Shown here in pieces: positions 61,301-64,000 of a stretch of 64,000 nt of DNA. The notes beneath the pieces are model-generated. The model made no database searches. It was not told the DNA's origin and saw nothing but the letters and a program-made list of their open reading frames with translations. This stretch comes from a virus (Duplodnaviria > Caudoviricetes), in the IMG/VR virus record IMGVR_UViG_2061766007_001346, positions 1 through 64,000 of that record, one strand, 5' to 3'. The position numbers were made by a program, and so were the translations under genes. Position 1 is the first letter of the stretch, and every line of letters begins with the position of its first letter.

Positions 61301-63999
61301 TATACCGTACCGAAGTAGCAATCACTTAAATCAAGTTCTTCCAGTTGTGTAGCACCAGCCAGCGAAATCTGTGCGCTCGTACCATAACAACCGTTAATCT
61401 TCACGGATGTCAGATTCGGAGTATCGGAAACGTTCAGAATTAAATTATTCTTAGATTTATTACAGTCGATTTCAATTTCCGTTAACGCAGGACATTCACT
61501 GACGGTGACATTTTGCAGTGATGCCATATTCATTAATGACAGTTTACGATATACAGAGCACTGATTAAGCACCAACGTGTTCAAAGCACTACATCCTGTA
61601 AAGTCAACATTATCAATAATAGACTGTCCTCTAAGTTCTACGTTACGGACCGCAGATCCTGCAACATTCAGTGTAAACAGAGAAACTCCGTCCGGAAGAC
61701 TGACGCTCGTAACACAAGAGTTAGTAATATCGATATCCGTTAGGTTTTCGAACGGGTTCGCATAAATCATATCCGAAACGGCGGTTAAACTCAACGGGAA
61801 TGATGTTACATTAGGTGACTTAGTGTTACTCAGATTAATTGATTTCAGCGAATATGGCTTAGTGGCGTCTCCTTCGTTCCAAGTCTTAAACAGTTTGATA
61901 AAGTCAATACCGTCGTTATTGAATGAAGTGTTGCCACTCATATCAAAGTTCGTAAAGCTACTTAACGCACCATATTGCGAAGTATCAATATTACCATCAC
62001 CAGCACCAATCTGGCTAGGAGCTATTGCTCTAATCTGAAGGTCTTTCAGATTGTCGATATCAAGTATGCAGTCGGCATTATTGATTGTAGTCTGAATATT
62101 CTTGTTATTACCGCTATTGGCAACTCGTACATTAACAGGTGTGTTGGTCGGCAGATAGTAGTAATTTATGGTATCCTGCCCAATACTACTGGAAACGATA
62201 ATCGGGCAGTTCGACACAAACGGAATTCTTTCTGCACCAGAATTGTGAGTGAAAATTACCTTCTTATTATAAGAAGCGTCCTTAATCGTAGTAATATTCG
62301 TCAGATACGCATTATTACCGTTTCTCTGCTTGTATCCAAATATAGAATCGAGGAACTTAATGCGTTTATTTAACCAGTCTCTTACGAACGCCTTTCTATC
62401 ACCATGCATAAAGTTTTTCTGCGTGGTATTTACATACTTGACCGTAAAGTCCTGATTATAAATAAGTTCACCAATTCCCTCAGTCTGCATGCCAAAGAAA
62501 TCATCCATAAACGAGTCGACGCTCGGAATTAATTTCTCACGAATTTCGTTCCACATTTGGGCATATAAGGAATTATAGGAGGAGTCACCAGATAAGTCAT
62601 CATACTGACGTTTGAATTCTGTAGAATCGAGGATACCTCATAATTTAGCATCCTTAACAGTATATATATTATCAGACGTTTCATCTCCGGCTACAAATCC
62701 GTTCACAAGAACATCGTCGATGTTATACAATGTTTCGTCAAATACATCGGGTTTGACAGTCTCATAACCGGCGTTATCGATACCGAACGCTGTATCCATA
62801 TCGTAGAAGGAAGTAAATCATTTAGATACGTAACTTCCTAATCCTCTACGCCATGTTCGCATATTAAGGTTCTTACCGAGGTTATCAACAAGTCCTGCGA
62901 GCAAGCAAACAATATAATAGAATCTTGCGTTCTTGATATTGAACTTAATAGATTGCGCACCACCGTCGCCAACACGGCCCATCTGTTTAGGCTCGGCACC
63001 ATCTGGAATGAAGAAGCCGCGAGCGGCACTCCAGTCATATTCCTTGAACGAGGTACCGATGTTGAGGTTTAGATTGCCCTTAGCGTACGGGTGTAACACA
63101 AGTTCTCGGAATAGTTCCTGGAAACCAGCAATTGGTGCACCACCAGGATATTTATTATTCCAGAAGTGTCGGATATGTCCTTCAAGACTAGATCAGAAAT
63201 ATCCAGTTGGTCTAACCGGCATTTCTTGTTCCATTTCGGAAGTAGGTTCGTAATCAATAGGCTTGGTGTCGCAGTTCAAAGAGTCGGCACCTTCCCAAGA
63301 CTCCGCGTTCATATCAATGACATCCGTGGATTCTACAGGAGCACCTAATAGCATTGGAGCAGAACTACTGTCACCAAGAACGTCGCCACTTATGTTTCTA
63401 AACTTATTAAGAATCTTAAAACCTAAGTTGAAGTATGCCGAACGTCCAAGGTTGAATGAATAGATACCAAGGGAACGCACATCGGTTGTTACGGCAGAAT
63501 AGAATCTGCAGATTAACAATACCGGGAATCCTTCCAATGTATGCTTAATAGACGCATTACAAGTGCTTGGAATTATAAAGTTATTTGAAGACTTATTAGC
63601 GTCATAGTATTCCATTGCGGGCGTAGGATCGACTATACCGACTTCTGCGCACTTATTAATAAATCTACCAATACAAGCGTTATTAGCGTGTGCAGAGTCA
63701 ACAACATCAGCCTTTAAGGTATATACCCTCTCTGGGAACCAATCACTCTTAGCCCAGAACAGTCTGTTTTCTCCAAAGTCAATATCAATGTTCTTAATGG
63801 TGTATCCTGTAGTAGTCGTACCCTGAATTTCAACAGTACATGTCGTACCAGCAGGAAGGACGTTTACGCCATCAACGAAATAGTAGATTGCTACATTTTC
63901 AGCAGGAGGGATCTTGCCACTTGCGGACATAACCTGCGTGAAGTTATCTCATGTCCAGTTTGTAGATGTACTGAAGTCAAGAACCACGACAGGTATCTT
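58321..63999 (-). CDS. Giant fibre/surface protein (>1890 aa, 5' end outside the window) with CotH-kinase-like domain, leucine-rich repeats and BspA-like repeats
   Basis: Six fragments in one frame via TGA; YTLKAD..DSAHANN, EGFP, LGIYSFNLG, VDNLGKN, [W]FTSFYDMDTAFGIDN; LxxLxLxxC repeats; xxMFxxC repeats. Confidence 0.75.
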
Positions 64000-64000
64000 T

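Larger units (their letters stand above)
1..64000. mobile_element. Segment of a crAss-like (Crassvirales) bacteriophage genome with TGA reassigned to Trp
   Basis: Virion RNAP with RIPxQ..QS / GSDFDIDK motifs; crAss-type order scaffold-MCP-ring-muzzle-cargo-giant proteins; Bacteroidota-type promoters; convergent metabolic (+) and structural (-) blocks. Confidence 0.93.

Noticed and set aside
12220-63463. Numerous + strand ORFs of 60-170 aa in the track (e.g. 29917, 40624, 55853, 61975)
   Set aside because: They are antisense shadows of long - strand genes, with no motifs or expression signals.
1-64000. TGA as Gly or selenocysteine, or TAG reassignment
   Set aside because: TGA aligns with conserved Trp positions, and TAG serves as a normal stop abutting the next gene (7166, 36022, 44467).
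1-64000. Suppressor tRNA, CRISPR array, integrase or IS element
   Set aside because: No cloverleaf, regularly spaced repeats or recombinase motifs were recognised by eye and intergenic space is minimal; tRNAscan would be needed to be certain.

Overview
This window is a 64-kb segment of a crAss-like (Crassvirales-type) phage genome, probably infecting Bacteroidota, in which TGA is read as tryptophan (code-4-like). The supplied ORF track is fragmented because it stops at TGA. Reading TGA as Trp joins the fragments into tightly abutting genes that all end in TAA or TAG, and places Trp at conserved family positions (HNH, dNMP kinase, DUF192 FWMK, CotH-like W..FYD.D). Positions 1-11.4 kb (+ strand) carry nucleotide-metabolism and replication accessory genes: nrdG, a membrane-anchored HNH protein, an FTR-like protein, dUTPase, DNA ligase, PNK, thyX, a metallopeptidase-vWA plus MoxR AAA pair and dNMP kinase. 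A bidirectional terminator separates these from the - strand virion block. That block holds a partial giant CotH-kinase/LRR protein, a spanin-like protein, scaffold-like protein, major capsid, ring and muzzle proteins, several cargo proteins, and three giant putative ejected proteins: an SF1 helicase-containing protein (~3197 aa), the virion RNA polymerase with a zincin domain (~3471 aa) and a PD-(D/E)XK nuclease-containing protein (~1518 aa). The most notable patterns are: (i) cysteines at exactly the four junction-facing termini of the three giants, suggesting a head-to-tail linked helicase-RNAP-nuclease ejection chain; (ii) a recurrent basic [FYL][QK]xGG tag concentrated in cargo proteins; (iii) very uneven TGA use that could gate selected genes; (iv) an ORF-less ~100-nt structured RNA with its own promoter and terminator inside the late region. 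All calls come from motif reading and gene order; no searches were run.
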